Below, piece by piece: positions 39,589 through 49,342 of a DNA stretch of 64,000 nt. The first letter of the stretch is position 1, and the number at the start of each line of letters is the position of its first letter. The translations under genes were made by a program, and so were the position numbers. The notes beneath the pieces are model-generated. The model saw nothing but the letters and a program-made list of their open reading frames with translations. It did no database searches and was not told the DNA's origin. The stretch is from contig JBEKII010000004.1 in NCBI GenBank assembly GCA_050011835.1, positions 8,386-72,385 on the forward strand, in the 5' to 3' direction. This DNA is from Minisyncoccia bacterium (lineage in GTDB: Bacteria; Patescibacteriota; Minisyncoccia; Phycocordibacterales; Phycocordibacteraceae).

Positions 39589-41769
39589 ATGCGTGTTAGC
39601 ATACGAGCCATGACTTCTCACCCGCATACGTCGTGGTGGCATATTCTCTTGGTGCCCATTCTTATATTTTTGGGACTCGGGCTCCTTGCCGCTGGCGGTA
39701 TCCTTATTTTTGTTGCGGTTACTCCCGTTCCTGACATCAGCTCTTTCGCTAATCGCCAAGTTGACCAGTCCACTAAGATTTATGATCGCACCGGCCAAGT
39801 GCTTCTTTATGATTATAATCGAGACGCCAAGCGGGATGTTATTCCACTCGCCTCCATATCGCCCAATGCGATACAAGCAACGATAGCGATTGAGGATTCA
39901 AGTTTTTATGAACACGGCGGCATTCGCCTTACTTCTATTTTGCGCGCGATGCTTGTTGACGCGTTCGGCGGTTCACTTTCCCAAGGCGGCTCCACTATCA
40001 CACAACAGGTAGTGAAAAACACACTCCTTACCAATGAAAAAAGCATTGTCCGTAAAATGCATGAATGGGTACTCTCCTTAAAACTTGAAGAATCGTATTC
40101 AAAGGACCAGATTTTGGAAACGTATCTCAATACTATTTCCTACGGCGGGACTCTCTACGGCATTGAGGCAGCCTCGGAAGCATATTTTGGTATTCCCGCA
40201 AAAGACCTCTCGCTCGCTGAATCAGCGTATCTCGCGGCGATGGTCCAAGCTCCGACATATTATTCGCCCTACGGAGCGAATCGTGCGGCGCTTGATGCTC
40301 GTAAAAATCTTGTGCTTGACCGAATGCATACGCTTGGTTTTATAAACGACACTGACTACGCCTCCGCGAAAGTAGCAACGGTCTCTTTTGCCCCCGCGAA
40401 TCAAAACAATATCATCGCGCCGCATTTCGTTTTTTATATTCTTAATCAACTTGAGGAAAAGTACGGGATGAACGCGCTTGTTTCTGGACTTAAAGTAACC
40501 ACGACTCTCGACGCTGACCTTGAAACAAAAGCCGAATCTATCTTAGACACCTACGCCCTTCAGAATGAAAAAAACTTCAATGCATCAAATGACGCCCTCG
40601 TCGCAATTGACCCTTCCACGGGGCAAATTCTCGCGATGGTCGGCTCGCGTAATTTTTTTGATACGACCATTGACGGACAATACAATGCCGCGCTCGCACT
40701 ACGGCAGCCGGGCTCCACCATGAAACCATTCATTTATTCCCTCGCGCTTATGAGAGGCTATACACGCGATACCGTTGTTTTTGATGCCCCGACACAATTT
40801 TCCACGTCGTGCAAACCATCCGATACGACCAGCACCACCACGCCATGTTATGCGCCTTCCGATTTTGACAATACCTTCCGAGGCCCGATGACATTTGAAA
40901 CGGCGATTGCGCAATCAATTAACATTCCGGCCATCAAAGTTCTCTACCTGGTCGGCATACAAAACGCTATCAATCTCGCGAAATCATTCGGACTTGCCAC
41001 GCTCGGCGATCCGAGCCAATACGGCCTCACGCTCGTGCTCGGCGGCGGCGAAGTGCGTCTTCTTGATCTCACGGGCGCGTATGCCGCGTTCGGTAATGAT
41101 GGGGTACTTAATACACCGACAGGGATTCTTGAAGTGGACGACGCGCAGGGAAACGTGCTTGAGCAATATGCGCCCCAATCATCAGTCGTGGTGCCACAAA
41201 ATATCGCACGCGACATGTCTGCGATGCTCTCCGACGCCCCCGCGCGCATCCCGGAATACGCGCTTAATTCTCCCCTCTCTTTCCCCGGATATGATGTCGC
41301 GGTGAAAACTGGGACGACCAACGATACGCGCGACGCGTGGGTTATTGGATATACACCGTCTATCGCAATTGGCGTGTGGGCTGGCAATAACGACAACACG
41401 CCGATGGTAAAATCGATCGCTGGCTTTATTGCGGCGCCGATGTGGCATGAGGCAATGGCGTACGCGCTCTCAAAATATCCAAAAACGTATTTTGGTGAAC
41501 CGGACCCTATTCCAAATTCCGTACCTCCGATGCTCCAAGGGAATTGGCGCATTCCGGATGCGAACGGTATGATTGTGCCCCACGATTTGCTGTACTGGAC
41601 CGATAAAAATAATCCTCTTGGGCCCCCGCCGTCAGACCCTGCGCAAGATCCCCAGTTCGCCTATTGGGAATACGGCCTTTCTGCACTTTATGCCTCCCAT
41701 CCTGAACTTTTTTCCGGCGGGGTAATGCTCCCGGTGCCACTATCGTCTAGCGCAACAACGACGCCTTAA
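39589..41769 (+). CDS. Penicillin-binding protein 1A (bifunctional glycosyltransferase/transpeptidase)
   Basis: GT51 motif ATIAIEDSSFYEHGGI; transpeptidase SxxK (STMKP), SxN, KTGT. Confidence 0.85.
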   Translation: MRVSIRAMTSHPHTSWWHILLVPILIFLGLGLLAAGGILIFVAVTPVPDISSFANRQVDQSTKIYDRTGQVLLYDYNRDAKRDVIPLASISPNAIQATIAIEDSSFYEHGGIRLTSILRAMLVDAFGGSLSQGGSTITQQVVKNTLLTNEKSIVRKMHEWVLSLKLEESYSKDQILETYLNTISYGGTLYGIEAASEAYFGIPAKDLSLAESAYLAAMVQAPTYYSPYGANRAALDARKNLVLDRMHTLGFINDTDYASAKVATVSFAPANQNNIIAPHFVFYILNQLEEKYGMNALVSGLKVTTTLDADLETKAESILDTYALQNEKNFNASNDALVAIDPSTGQILAMVGSRNFFDTTIDGQYNAALALRQPGSTMKPFIYSLALMRGYTRDTVVFDAPTQFSTSCKPSDTTSTTTPCYAPSDFDNTFRGPMTFETAIAQSINIPAIKVLYLVGIQNAINLAKSFGLATLGDPSQYGLTLVLGGGEVRLLDLTGAYAAFGNDGVLNTPTGILEVDDAQGNVLEQYAPQSSVVVPQNIARDMSAMLSDAPARIPEYALNSPLSFPGYDVAVKTGTTNDTRDAWVIGYTPSIAIGVWAGNNDNTPMVKSIAGFIAAPMWHEAMAYALSKYPKTYFGEPDPIPNSVPPMLQGNWRIPDANGMIVPHDLLYWTDKNNPLGPPPSDPAQDPQFAYWEYGLSALYASHPELFSGGVMLPVPLSSSATTTP

Positions 41770-41777
41770 AGAAAAAT

Positions 41778-42878
41778 CTATTGGTTCATCGGAGAAACAA
41801 GATATAAAAGTGAGGTGTCACCGACACCTTTTACGATGAGCGGACGGCCAATGCCGGCGGCGGTGAGTGACAGGCTCTCTGCTGTCGAGAGCGCGAATAC
41901 TGCGGAAAGATACCGATAATTAAACGAGAGTTCGAGAGCGCTCCCGGATATGTGTGCAGAAAGCGTCTCTGACGACTCGCCGACATCGGCATTTCGTGCG
42001 AAAAAGGAAAGGTGGTTCTTTTTTGGGTCAAAGCTTATGTTTACTTTTTGGAAGGAGTCGGAAAATATGGTCGTTTGTTTTAGTGCGGTCTCAAAATCTT
42101 TTCGCAGCACAACCGCCTCAACAACCGACTCTTTCGGTATGATTTGGCGGTAATCGGGATACACCGCATTCGTAAGACGTGAAACGAGCATGCCGAGCGT
42201 ACTCACGAACGCGCACTGGTGTTCATCAAAAGACATAATGACATCGTCATCGGGAAGTGCTTGGGCGATATCAAGAGCGTTTTTCGCCGGAATAAGAAAC
42301 TTTCCTTGTGTCCCTTTGTGCGCGAGTGGAACTTTTTTCTCCGCAAGGCGAAACGAGTCGGTTGCAACAGCCGTTAATACGCCACCCTCGATAGAAAGGT
42401 AAATACTCGCCAATTCAGGACGTATGGTGGAGGATGACGCACATGATGCAATAGAGGTAAAAAGAGCGCGCAGAAGAACTCCGGGGATAACTATTCTGTT
42501 TTTGGGATTTTCGGGAAACGGAATTGAGGGGAAGTCCTCATAGGAGGTGGTTTTTATTGAACTTTTACTAGTGCCGTGCGCGAGGGAAACGATATTCCCT
42601 GTGTGCTCGAGGGTTATGTCCCCTTCGCCAGTGAGCGAGCTCGCTATTTGTTGCAGAAGGGTCGCTGGTATCGCAACAACCCCGTCGGTGTTTACTTTTC
42701 CTTTTAATTTTAAGTCAATGCCGGTCTCAAGGTTTGTTGCTCGCATTTTAATTCCCTCATCTCCGGCGATAATAAGAATTGAAGAAAGAGCGGGAAGCAC
42801 GATATTTTTCCGTTCAGCAAATCGCGCAACGATATACACCGCCTCGGAGAATAATTTTTTATCTATTGAAATATTCAT
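41778..42878 (-). CDS. dnaN: DNA polymerase III beta sliding clamp
   Basis: 366 aa, three-domain clamp pattern; position immediately after dnaA. Confidence 0.85.
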   Translation of the reverse strand: MNISIDKKLFSEAVYIVARFAERKNIVLPALSSILIIAGDEGIKMRATNLETGIDLKLKGKVNTDGVVAIPATLLQQIASSLTGEGDITLEHTGNIVSLAHGTSKSSIKTTSYEDFPSIPFPENPKNRIVIPGVLLRALFTSIASCASSSTIRPELASIYLSIEGGVLTAVATDSFRLAEKKVPLAHKGTQGKFLIPAKNALDIAQALPDDDVIMSFDEHQCAFVSTLGMLVSRLTNAVYPDYRQIIPKESVVEAVVLRKDFETALKQTTIFSDSFQKVNISFDPKKNHLSFFARNADVGESSETLSAHISGSALELSFNYRYLSAVFALSTAESLSLTAAGIGRPLIVKGVGDTSLLYLVSPMNQ

Positions 42879-42990
42879 ATGGTTCTTATTAAGGGTGTTG
42901 ATAAGTGGAAAAGATAATATAACCCATATGTTAATTGCATATTTTTTTCATTATTATAAAAAGAAACTGTTGATATGGTGTACATAACGT

Positions 42991-44343
42991 TCATACAAGA
43001 AGAGTGCGAATAGTTTGTATTTCTTTTATGAGGTCGGTATCCACTAGTATTTCACGCTTTATTTTCTCACAAGAGTGGATAACGGTCGTGTGGTCGCGCC
43101 CTCCCAGTTTCGTGCCGATCGTCGGATAAGAGATGCTGAAATCCTCTCGAAGAATATACATAATAACTTGTCGTGGCCGCACCACCTCCCTCCGCCGCGT
43201 CTTCTCATAAATACTTTCCTCATCTATTCCATAAAATTCAGCCACCTTATCCACAACATTTTTTACCGATATATTTTTTTGCGGCCGAGTGAATGAGCGA
43301 AGCGATTGGCGAACTTCAGAAATATTTGGCGCGCATCCTTTTACCTGAGCGTGGCACACGATACTGTTTATCATTCCTTCCAGTTCTCGTATTGAACCAG
43401 GTAAAGAAGTCGCGACATATTCAACGACTTCATCTGAGAGCATAAACCCATGCATCGCCGCTTTTTTCCGTATGATAGCCATACGCGACTCGGGATCCGG
43501 CTCGCCGATGTCAACGGTCATACCGCTCGCCAATCGCCCCTTCAATCGCTCGGCGATATCAGAAATAAAGGCGGGCGCGTGATCGGAAGAAAAAATAATT
43601 TGCTTATTTGTGTCGTGTAGCGCGTTAAAAAGATGGAAGAGTTCCTCTTGCGTCTTGTCTTTTTTGGAGAGGAACTGCACATCATCCATAATAAGGAGGT
43701 CATACTGGCGATATTTATCCTTGAAACGATTCGCAGAGCCCGCCTGTACAGAGTCCGTATAGTCAACCGCGAACTTTTCCGATGTGAGATAAAACACTTT
43801 TCGTCCCGGATACTGTTTTTTAAATTGATTACCAATAGCTTGGATAAGATGCGTCTTGCCGCGGCCGGTGTCGCCGTAAATGAAGAGCGGATTGTAGGTG
43901 ATGCCCGGCCGTTTTAGTGCCGCTTGCGCGGCTGTATACGCGAGCGTATTGAAAGAACCGATGACAAACGTGTCAAAGGTGTATCGAGGATTCAGGTTAT
44001 CGCTTTTGTTAATGTAAAACTCATCCAAAGGAAGCTCCAGGGCGCCGCTTACGTTTTTTATTTCTCTCAATGGTTTCCGATGCTCATCCTTCACGATGCA
44101 ATATTCAATGTTACGAAATTCATATGATACGCCACGAATAATTTTCAGTAGCAGCGTATGAAATTTCTTTAAATACCAATCCTTAAAGAATTGACTTGGC
44201 ACACCGACATATACCACCCCATCCTCGCCTATCTTCACGATAAAACTGCTACGGAACCATGTATTGAAATTTGCCGCGGAGATAGAAAGCTCAACCTGCG
44301 TCAGTATATACTCCCACAGTTCCTGGAGATTCCCTTTGTCCAT
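42991..44343 (-). CDS. dnaA: Chromosomal replication initiator DnaA
   Basis: Walker A GDTGRGKTHLIQAIGN; domain IV helix-turn-helix (VIMYILREDFSISYPTIGTKLGGRDHTTVIHSCEKI); start trimmed to MDKGNLQELWEYIL. Confidence 0.9.
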   Translation of the reverse strand: MDKGNLQELWEYILTQVELSISAANFNTWFRSSFIVKIGEDGVVYVGVPSQFFKDWYLKKFHTLLLKIIRGVSYEFRNIEYCIVKDEHRKPLREIKNVSGALELPLDEFYINKSDNLNPRYTFDTFVIGSFNTLAYTAAQAALKRPGITYNPLFIYGDTGRGKTHLIQAIGNQFKKQYPGRKVFYLTSEKFAVDYTDSVQAGSANRFKDKYRQYDLLIMDDVQFLSKKDKTQEELFHLFNALHDTNKQIIFSSDHAPAFISDIAERLKGRLASGMTVDIGEPDPESRMAIIRKKAAMHGFMLSDEVVEYVATSLPGSIRELEGMINSIVCHAQVKGCAPNISEVRQSLRSFTRPQKNISVKNVVDKVAEFYGIDEESIYEKTRRREVVRPRQVIMYILREDFSISYPTIGTKLGGRDHTTVIHSCEKIKREILVDTDLIKEIQTIRTLLV

Positions 44344-44441
44344 GGTGTATGAGAGTATACTCTCGCCAGAAAGGGAGGGTAGAGTAGTGTTTTGTGGAGA
44401 ACCTGTTACTATTGCGTGCATAACTTAAAAACACACTCAAC

Positions 44442-44585
44442 ATGCCTAAACAAACCTACCAACCCAAAAGGAGCAAGCGCGCCAAAACACATGGATTTCT
44501 TTCGCGAATGAGAACAAGTTCCGGCCGCGCAGTCGTGCAAAAACGCCGCCGGAGCGGCCGAATGCGTCTCGCCGTCCAAGATTAA
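44442..44585 (+). CDS. rpmH: 50S ribosomal protein L34
   Basis: Hand translation [47 protein letters not shown]; not in the ORF track because it is under 60 aa. Confidence 0.8.
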   Translation: MPKQTYQPKRSKRAKTHGFLSRMRTSSGRAVVQKRRRSGRMRLAVQD

Positions 44586-44590
44586 TTTCC

Positions 44591-44890
44591 GTGTTTCCCC
44601 GTAAAAAACGATTTCCACGCGCGCTACTCCCGCTTGCTATTAAAACAGGACGGCGGCGCGCATCGGAGCATTTCACGGCAGTTTTTCCACCAAACAGCGC
44701 GGGTTATGCGATTATTGTTTCTAAAAAAGTCGCCCGTCTTTCTGTCACGAGGCACCGTATCAAACGTCGAGTATCTGCGGTCCTCAGAACGATCTCACTT
44801 CCTCCGGCGTTGCTGCTTTTTCCACAATCGTCCGTAAGTAGTGTAAGCTATCAAGATATAAAAAAAGAACTCACTAACCTTATTTCGTGA
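44591..44890 (+). CDS. rnpA: RNase P protein component
   Basis: Basic; VSKKVARLSVTRHRIKRRV motif; follows rpmH. Confidence 0.75.
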   Translation: MFPRKKRFPRALLPLAIKTGRRRASEHFTAVFPPNSAGYAIIVSKKVARLSVTRHRIKRRVSAVLRTISLPPALLLFPQSSVSSVSYQDIKKELTNLIS

Positions 44891-45633
44891 TTTCATCTTT
44901 CTTCCATATTGTTTTTTATAATCCGATCTATAACGCTCTTGTCGCGCTCATGGCGCTCGTACCCGGCTCTGATGTGGGTGTCGCCGTTATTTTGCTTACT
45001 ATCGGCATTCGTCTCATTCTCCTTCCCTTTTCGCTCTCGGCGGCGCGCACCCAGCGTGCCATGAAAATATTGGAGCCGAAGATTAAAGAACTGAAAGAAA
45101 AACATAAGGGCAACAGAGAAAAAGAAGCGACTGAAACCCTATCGCTCTACCGCGAGGCGCGTGTAAATCCATTTGCAAGTATTCTTACGGTTTTTATTCA
45201 AATCCCGGTTCTTCTCGCGTTGTATTGGGTCTTCCGTTATGAATCGTTTTCGGTCGTCGATACGATACGGCTCTATTCATTCACTCCCGTGCCCCATGTG
45301 GTCTCGCTCCAATTCCTCGGGCTTATTTCAGTCACCGGCAAGAGTATAGTTCTCGCGGTACTGGCGGGCTTTTCTCAATTTTTCCAAGCGCACATGGCAC
45401 TTTCTGGCATGGGTTCTCTGGATGATACCGCGACCACGAAAGGCGGCTTTCAGCAAATGATGGGCATGCAACTTAAATACGTCTTCCCGTTCCTTATCGC
45501 AATCATCTCCTACACAACATCGGGCGCCATTGCGCTCTACTTCATCACCACAAACCTTGCCGGAGTGTTGCAGGAGTGGTATGTGCGCCGCACCGCCCAA
45601 AAGGAAGCATTAGAGCGAGTAGCCCCAGAGTGA
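44887..45633 (+). CDS. yidC: Membrane protein insertase YidC (short form)
   Basis: Multi-TM, YidC/Oxa1 motifs (ILLPFSLSAARTQRAMKILEPKIKELKEK). Confidence 0.8.
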   Translation: MISSFFHIVFYNPIYNALVALMALVPGSDVGVAVILLTIGIRLILLPFSLSAARTQRAMKILEPKIKELKEKHKGNREKEATETLSLYREARVNPFASILTVFIQIPVLLALYWVFRYESFSVVDTIRLYSFTPVPHVVSLQFLGLISVTGKSIVLAVLAGFSQFFQAHMALSGMGSLDDTATTKGGFQQMMGMQLKYVFPFLIAIISYTTSGAIALYFITTNLAGVLQEWYVRRTAQKEALERVAPE

Positions 45634-46881
45634 GCCGTCATTTTTGTTAACAAAAACAAGTTCGGTGTTTGAGGGGTCAACCGCCAGCGCCTCAGCGTCG
45701 AGCGTGGCACTCGTTTCGTTCGGAAAATCAAGCACGAGTTGCGCGTAACGCCCGGAAACATCTATTTTCCAAATGCGGTCAGAAAATTGGACAGCTCCCT
45801 GATACCAATCGTCAGGGTACGCATAATCGTTTGACGGGTCCACAGGAATACCGCAATAGATGGTTGAATCATCCGTGGTCCACACGCATTTGTCCGCGAT
45901 GGTCGCAACAGGAAGAGGGATCGTATCGCCAGTCATTGTATTCACCAGCTCCATTTGCATTTCTGAGTTCAACGTATAACTCACTAGCGCCCATTTTCCT
46001 GATGGGCTCGCGAGAGCAGCGAGACCATTCAGTGGTCCTGTGATGCGGGAGAAATTTCCATTGCCGTTGACGAGAAACGCATCACCATCGAGTGTCACGG
46101 ATGGTTTGGTATACGCGAGGTACTGGGACTTCCCGGCGAAGGAAACGCGCAGTGCGGAAAGCGGTGTCGTGAATATTTGCGACACATGTGTACCGTCTGT
46201 GTGTTCTAGCGATGCCACGGAGCCATTTACGCCCGACGCGAGAACAAGCACGCCCGTTGAAGAAACCGAAATATCGGAGAGATTTTGCGGCAGGAAAAAT
46301 CCTCCCGTGCCGTTTCCGGGAAGCGCATATGTATTGATGGTGGAAAAATCGTCTCCCGAAAGGTAGCGTACAAAGGCGAACGACGCATTCGGAAGCCACG
46401 TGGCAGATTCAATGCCCGGAACAGTTTTATTGCTTGTTCGGGTGAGTGTTCCCGCGCGCACTTCATATGTGAAAACATTGCCGCTCTGCCGTTCAATATA
46501 ATTAACCCCGACATCTGGAGAGGAGCTGGCATTTGGAGCGGGGATATCGACGGCAGCTTCTCCCGGCACGACCGGCCCCATGCTTATCTTCACGAGCCGC
46601 GCGGTAATTACCGCCGCCGCGCCTGTTTGATTAGATGATGCGGCCGTTTGTCCAGCAGCATTCGACGTCCCCTGCTCCTCCACCGGCAAACTCGTGTTCC
46701 CTGTCGGAGCAATCGAGACGCTGGCCTTGTTGGCGAAAAAATAAAAATACGCGAACACCCCAATTCCTACCAGAACGACGACGATTGCGATAATGATAAG
46801 TGCGCGACGCATATTATTGGAATATAGTCCAGCTCGGATTACCGGAGCAGGTGTTATTAAGCCAGAAAGAGTTGTCACCAC
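45610..46881 (-). CDS. Membrane-anchored secreted protein (possible beta-propeller), function unknown
   Basis: N-terminal TM then 380 aa of beta-rich sequence; last gene of the T4SS-like cluster. Confidence 0.4.
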   Translation of the reverse strand: MVTTLSGLITPAPVIRAGLYSNNMRRALIIIAIVVVLVGIGVFAYFYFFANKASVSIAPTGNTSLPVEEQGTSNAAGQTAASSNQTGAAAVITARLVKISMGPVVPGEAAVDIPAPNASSSPDVGVNYIERQSGNVFTYEVRAGTLTRTSNKTVPGIESATWLPNASFAFVRYLSGDDFSTINTYALPGNGTGGFFLPQNLSDISVSSTGVLVLASGVNGSVASLEHTDGTHVSQIFTTPLSALRVSFAGKSQYLAYTKPSVTLDGDAFLVNGNGNFSRITGPLNGLAALASPSGKWALVSYTLNSEMQMELVNTMTGDTIPLPVATIADKCVWTTDDSTIYCGIPVDPSNDYAYPDDWYQGAVQFSDRIWKIDVSGRYAQLVLDFPNETSATLDAEALAVDPSNTELVFVNKNDGSLWGYSL

Positions 46882-47767
46882 ACACTAGAGTTTTCTGTTT
46901 ACATACTGCCGTAATGGGCGCTGGAGTAGTATTCGAACATGTAACAGTATCTGAAATCCAATTTACGCCGTTTATACAAGTTTTCCAACCAAGATTTATA
47001 CTTTTACAGATATTTGCGAATTGAATGGCGTCACTTCCGTTATTCGAATTGCTGGCAGTACTGGCCACAGGTTGCAGTCGGTTAATTGTGCTGTTTATAT
47101 TAAATGTACCTGCTGTATTTATAAATACGTAAGTCTTTTTTGTCCACTGGCAAGATACTATGTATGAATTGACCGTTCCGGACACCATAGTTAATGGATC
47201 AGTCGTTAATGTTGCCCCGCAACTCTGACCCCATGTTTTTGCTGCAGCAAGAGAAGGACAAGTGGCAAATTGAAGAATACCGCTCGTGCCCGTTACCGTA
47301 CATCCACTTGAAGTGTCAACAGTGGGTGTTTGAGTCCCTGTCCCAGTCGATGTCGTTGTCGATGTGAGATTAATCTTCGGAAGATCGAGCGAGAGATTCA
47401 AGATGCTCGGATTGATGATGGAGAAGACAAGCACCGGCGAGAGAACGAGTACGAGGCCGAAAATCGCTTGCCAGATTCTGTTTTTGCTACTCATTAATGT
47501 GCTGACATTGTCCTGATTAGTCGCTATCCGAATACCTTCATAGATAATCACAATAATAGCGAGTATCGCGGCGATGCCGATGAGATATTTGTACAAATTA
47601 TTGAAAAAACCGGCGAGTCCGGCCGAAGTCTCGGGAACATTTTGCGTTAAGCCGGGGATACCTGCGAGCGGGACGAAATTTTGAGTGGCGGAAGCGGCAA
47701 AAACATGCGGTGCGCATCCCGCGAGAAGGAATAGACAGAAAACTGAAATGAGAAGGATTTTTTTCAT
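46814..47767 (-). CDS. TrbC/VirB2-like T4SS pilin-domain protein with long Thr/Ser/Cys-rich C-terminal extension
   Basis: Signal peptide, then two hydrophobic helices separated by a short polar loop (LAGFFNNLYKYLIGIAAILAIIVIIYEG...IWQAIFGLVLVLSPVLVFSIINP), the VirB2/TrbC topology. Confidence 0.45.
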   Translation of the reverse strand: MKKILLISVFCLFLLAGCAPHVFAASATQNFVPLAGIPGLTQNVPETSAGLAGFFNNLYKYLIGIAAILAIIVIIYEGIRIATNQDNVSTLMSSKNRIWQAIFGLVLVLSPVLVFSIINPSILNLSLDLPKINLTSTTTSTGTGTQTPTVDTSSGCTVTGTSGILQFATCPSLAAAKTWGQSCGATLTTDPLTMVSGTVNSYIVSCQWTKKTYVFINTAGTFNINSTINRLQPVASTASNSNNGSDAIQFANICKSINLGWKTCINGVNWISDTVTCSNTTPAPITAVCKQKTLVCGDNSFWLNNTCSGNPSWTIFQ

Positions 47768-48753
47768 AAGCCGAATAAGCCGCCGCCGGATGTGGCGCCG
47801 AAGGAGAGCGAAAGTTCCTCAACTGCTCTCGTTGACTCACCCGCCGAGGCGACGAGTGAGAGTGAGGCGGTCCCCTGTCCGCCGCCGGTCGGTCGCAGAG
47901 TTATGGAATTGCCCGTCTGCGCCTCGTTTCCATTTAGAAACCATTGGAGCGATGGCGCCCCGCTCGTTGTCGGAAAAGAAAACGGCGCCGCATAGAGCGT
48001 ATCTTCTGCATTGCTGATGACATAATCGCCGGAGAGCGCATGGTCGTAGAGAATGCCGAGCAACGGGTCGTTCTCATAGATTCGCACCGAGGGGTCTTCA
48101 GCGGCAAGCGAGAGCGATGCGCCGCCGACCAAACTCCCGTCTTGGCTCATCACCGCGACAGAGACCGAGCGTGCGCGGTATTGGAGCGGTGAGGCGACGA
48201 TAATCGCTGTTTTCCCGATGCCGGAAGAATCGGCGATTTGCGTGTCATCAACGGTCCAAGAATAAGAGAGCGTGGCTGGGTCAAATGTTCTTCCGCTCGC
48301 ATCTTGTAAATTTGCTATTGCGACAACGCGCACATCTCCCTCAAGCGGCACCAAAGATTTCCCGGGATAAAGCGGCGGCGCAGAGGAAACCGGTTCAGCG
48401 ATGAGCGCGACATCTTGCGGCTGGATGGAGAGCGTTTGACTATAATTCGTTCCGGCCGAAGTCACCGTCACTTTTATGTTCGTCACACTTCCCGCCTTAC
48501 CTACCGTGACAGAAACCGGCTGCACGCTACCCTGATAAATTTCCTTGCCTGCGGCGGAGACGGTTATTGTGGCATTGGAGAGATCAAGCGTTGATGAAAC
48601 CGCCGAAAGTGTCGCTTGGCCATAGGGTGTTGGATATTGAGGGTCTACTGAGAGGGAAAACGCCGCCGTGCTGTTCATAGGCATTGCCTGCGCAGAGACC
48701 GCCAACGGGAGGAGGAAAACGGCGGTAAGAATGGCAAAGAAAGTAAAACGCAT
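47764..48753 (-). CDS. Secreted protein (signal peptide MRFTFFAILTAVFLLPLAVSA), Ig-like beta-rich
   Basis: Start trimmed from the ORF-track extension; cluster context. Confidence 0.4.
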   Translation of the reverse strand: MRFTFFAILTAVFLLPLAVSAQAMPMNSTAAFSLSVDPQYPTPYGQATLSAVSSTLDLSNATITVSAAGKEIYQGSVQPVSVTVGKAGSVTNIKVTVTSAGTNYSQTLSIQPQDVALIAEPVSSAPPLYPGKSLVPLEGDVRVVAIANLQDASGRTFDPATLSYSWTVDDTQIADSSGIGKTAIIVASPLQYRARSVSVAVMSQDGSLVGGASLSLAAEDPSVRIYENDPLLGILYDHALSGDYVISNAEDTLYAAPFSFPTTSGAPSLQWFLNGNEAQTGNSITLRPTGGGQGTASLSLVASAGESTRAVEELSLSFGATSGGGLFGL

Positions 48754-48760
48754 GTCTCTA

Positions 48761-49342
48761 TTATATCTCGGCTTGTACCAATTGGGCGGCGCGCGCCTGC
48801 ATAAGCTCTGCGGCTCGTTGTTTTTGTTCCCGCAACGGGTCATTATCCTGCTCCTTTTTCCATTTTTCGTATGCCGCCTTATCTTTTTTAATTTCCGGCG
48901 CATATATTCTCCATGTCATGAGGGAAATACTCGCACCGATACCTGCAAGCAACCAGAGGATGGAGAACGAATTTTCCTTGAATACACGCCCGTTTTTCGC
49001 GAAGATGATGAAAGTCACAATGAGCCAGCCGAGAAATCCGACTGCCATTGCCATCACGGTACCGAATGCGGCGATTACTGGAGCGGCGAAATAACCGACC
49101 GCGGTAGCACCGGCGCCGCATACCGCAGCCGCAGTCTTCGCTCCCAATAGTCCGACCGTCCACGTCTTTATTGTGCCGCTTACCGTCAGGGTGCAAATCA
49201 CTCCGCCCAACGCTGGCCCGAAAAACCAGAACGAGAGAAACATATACCGTAACGCGTCAGATATCCCGCTTGCGCAAAGCTCCGGCAGCGCTTTCCCCCA
49301 CGTCATCACCTTCGGCGGCTGGCTATTTTTTTTCTGCGGCAT
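48761..49342 (-). CDS. Polytopic membrane protein (4 TM), possible minimal VirB6-like channel component
   Basis: 193 aa with four hydrophobic helices; immediately downstream of the VirB4-like gene. Confidence 0.35.
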   Translation of the reverse strand: MPQKKNSQPPKVMTWGKALPELCASGISDALRYMFLSFWFFGPALGGVICTLTVSGTIKTWTVGLLGAKTAAAVCGAGATAVGYFAAPVIAAFGTVMAMAVGFLGWLIVTFIIFAKNGRVFKENSFSILWLLAGIGASISLMTWRIYAPEIKKDKAAYEKWKKEQDNDPLREQKQRAAELMQARAAQLVQAEI

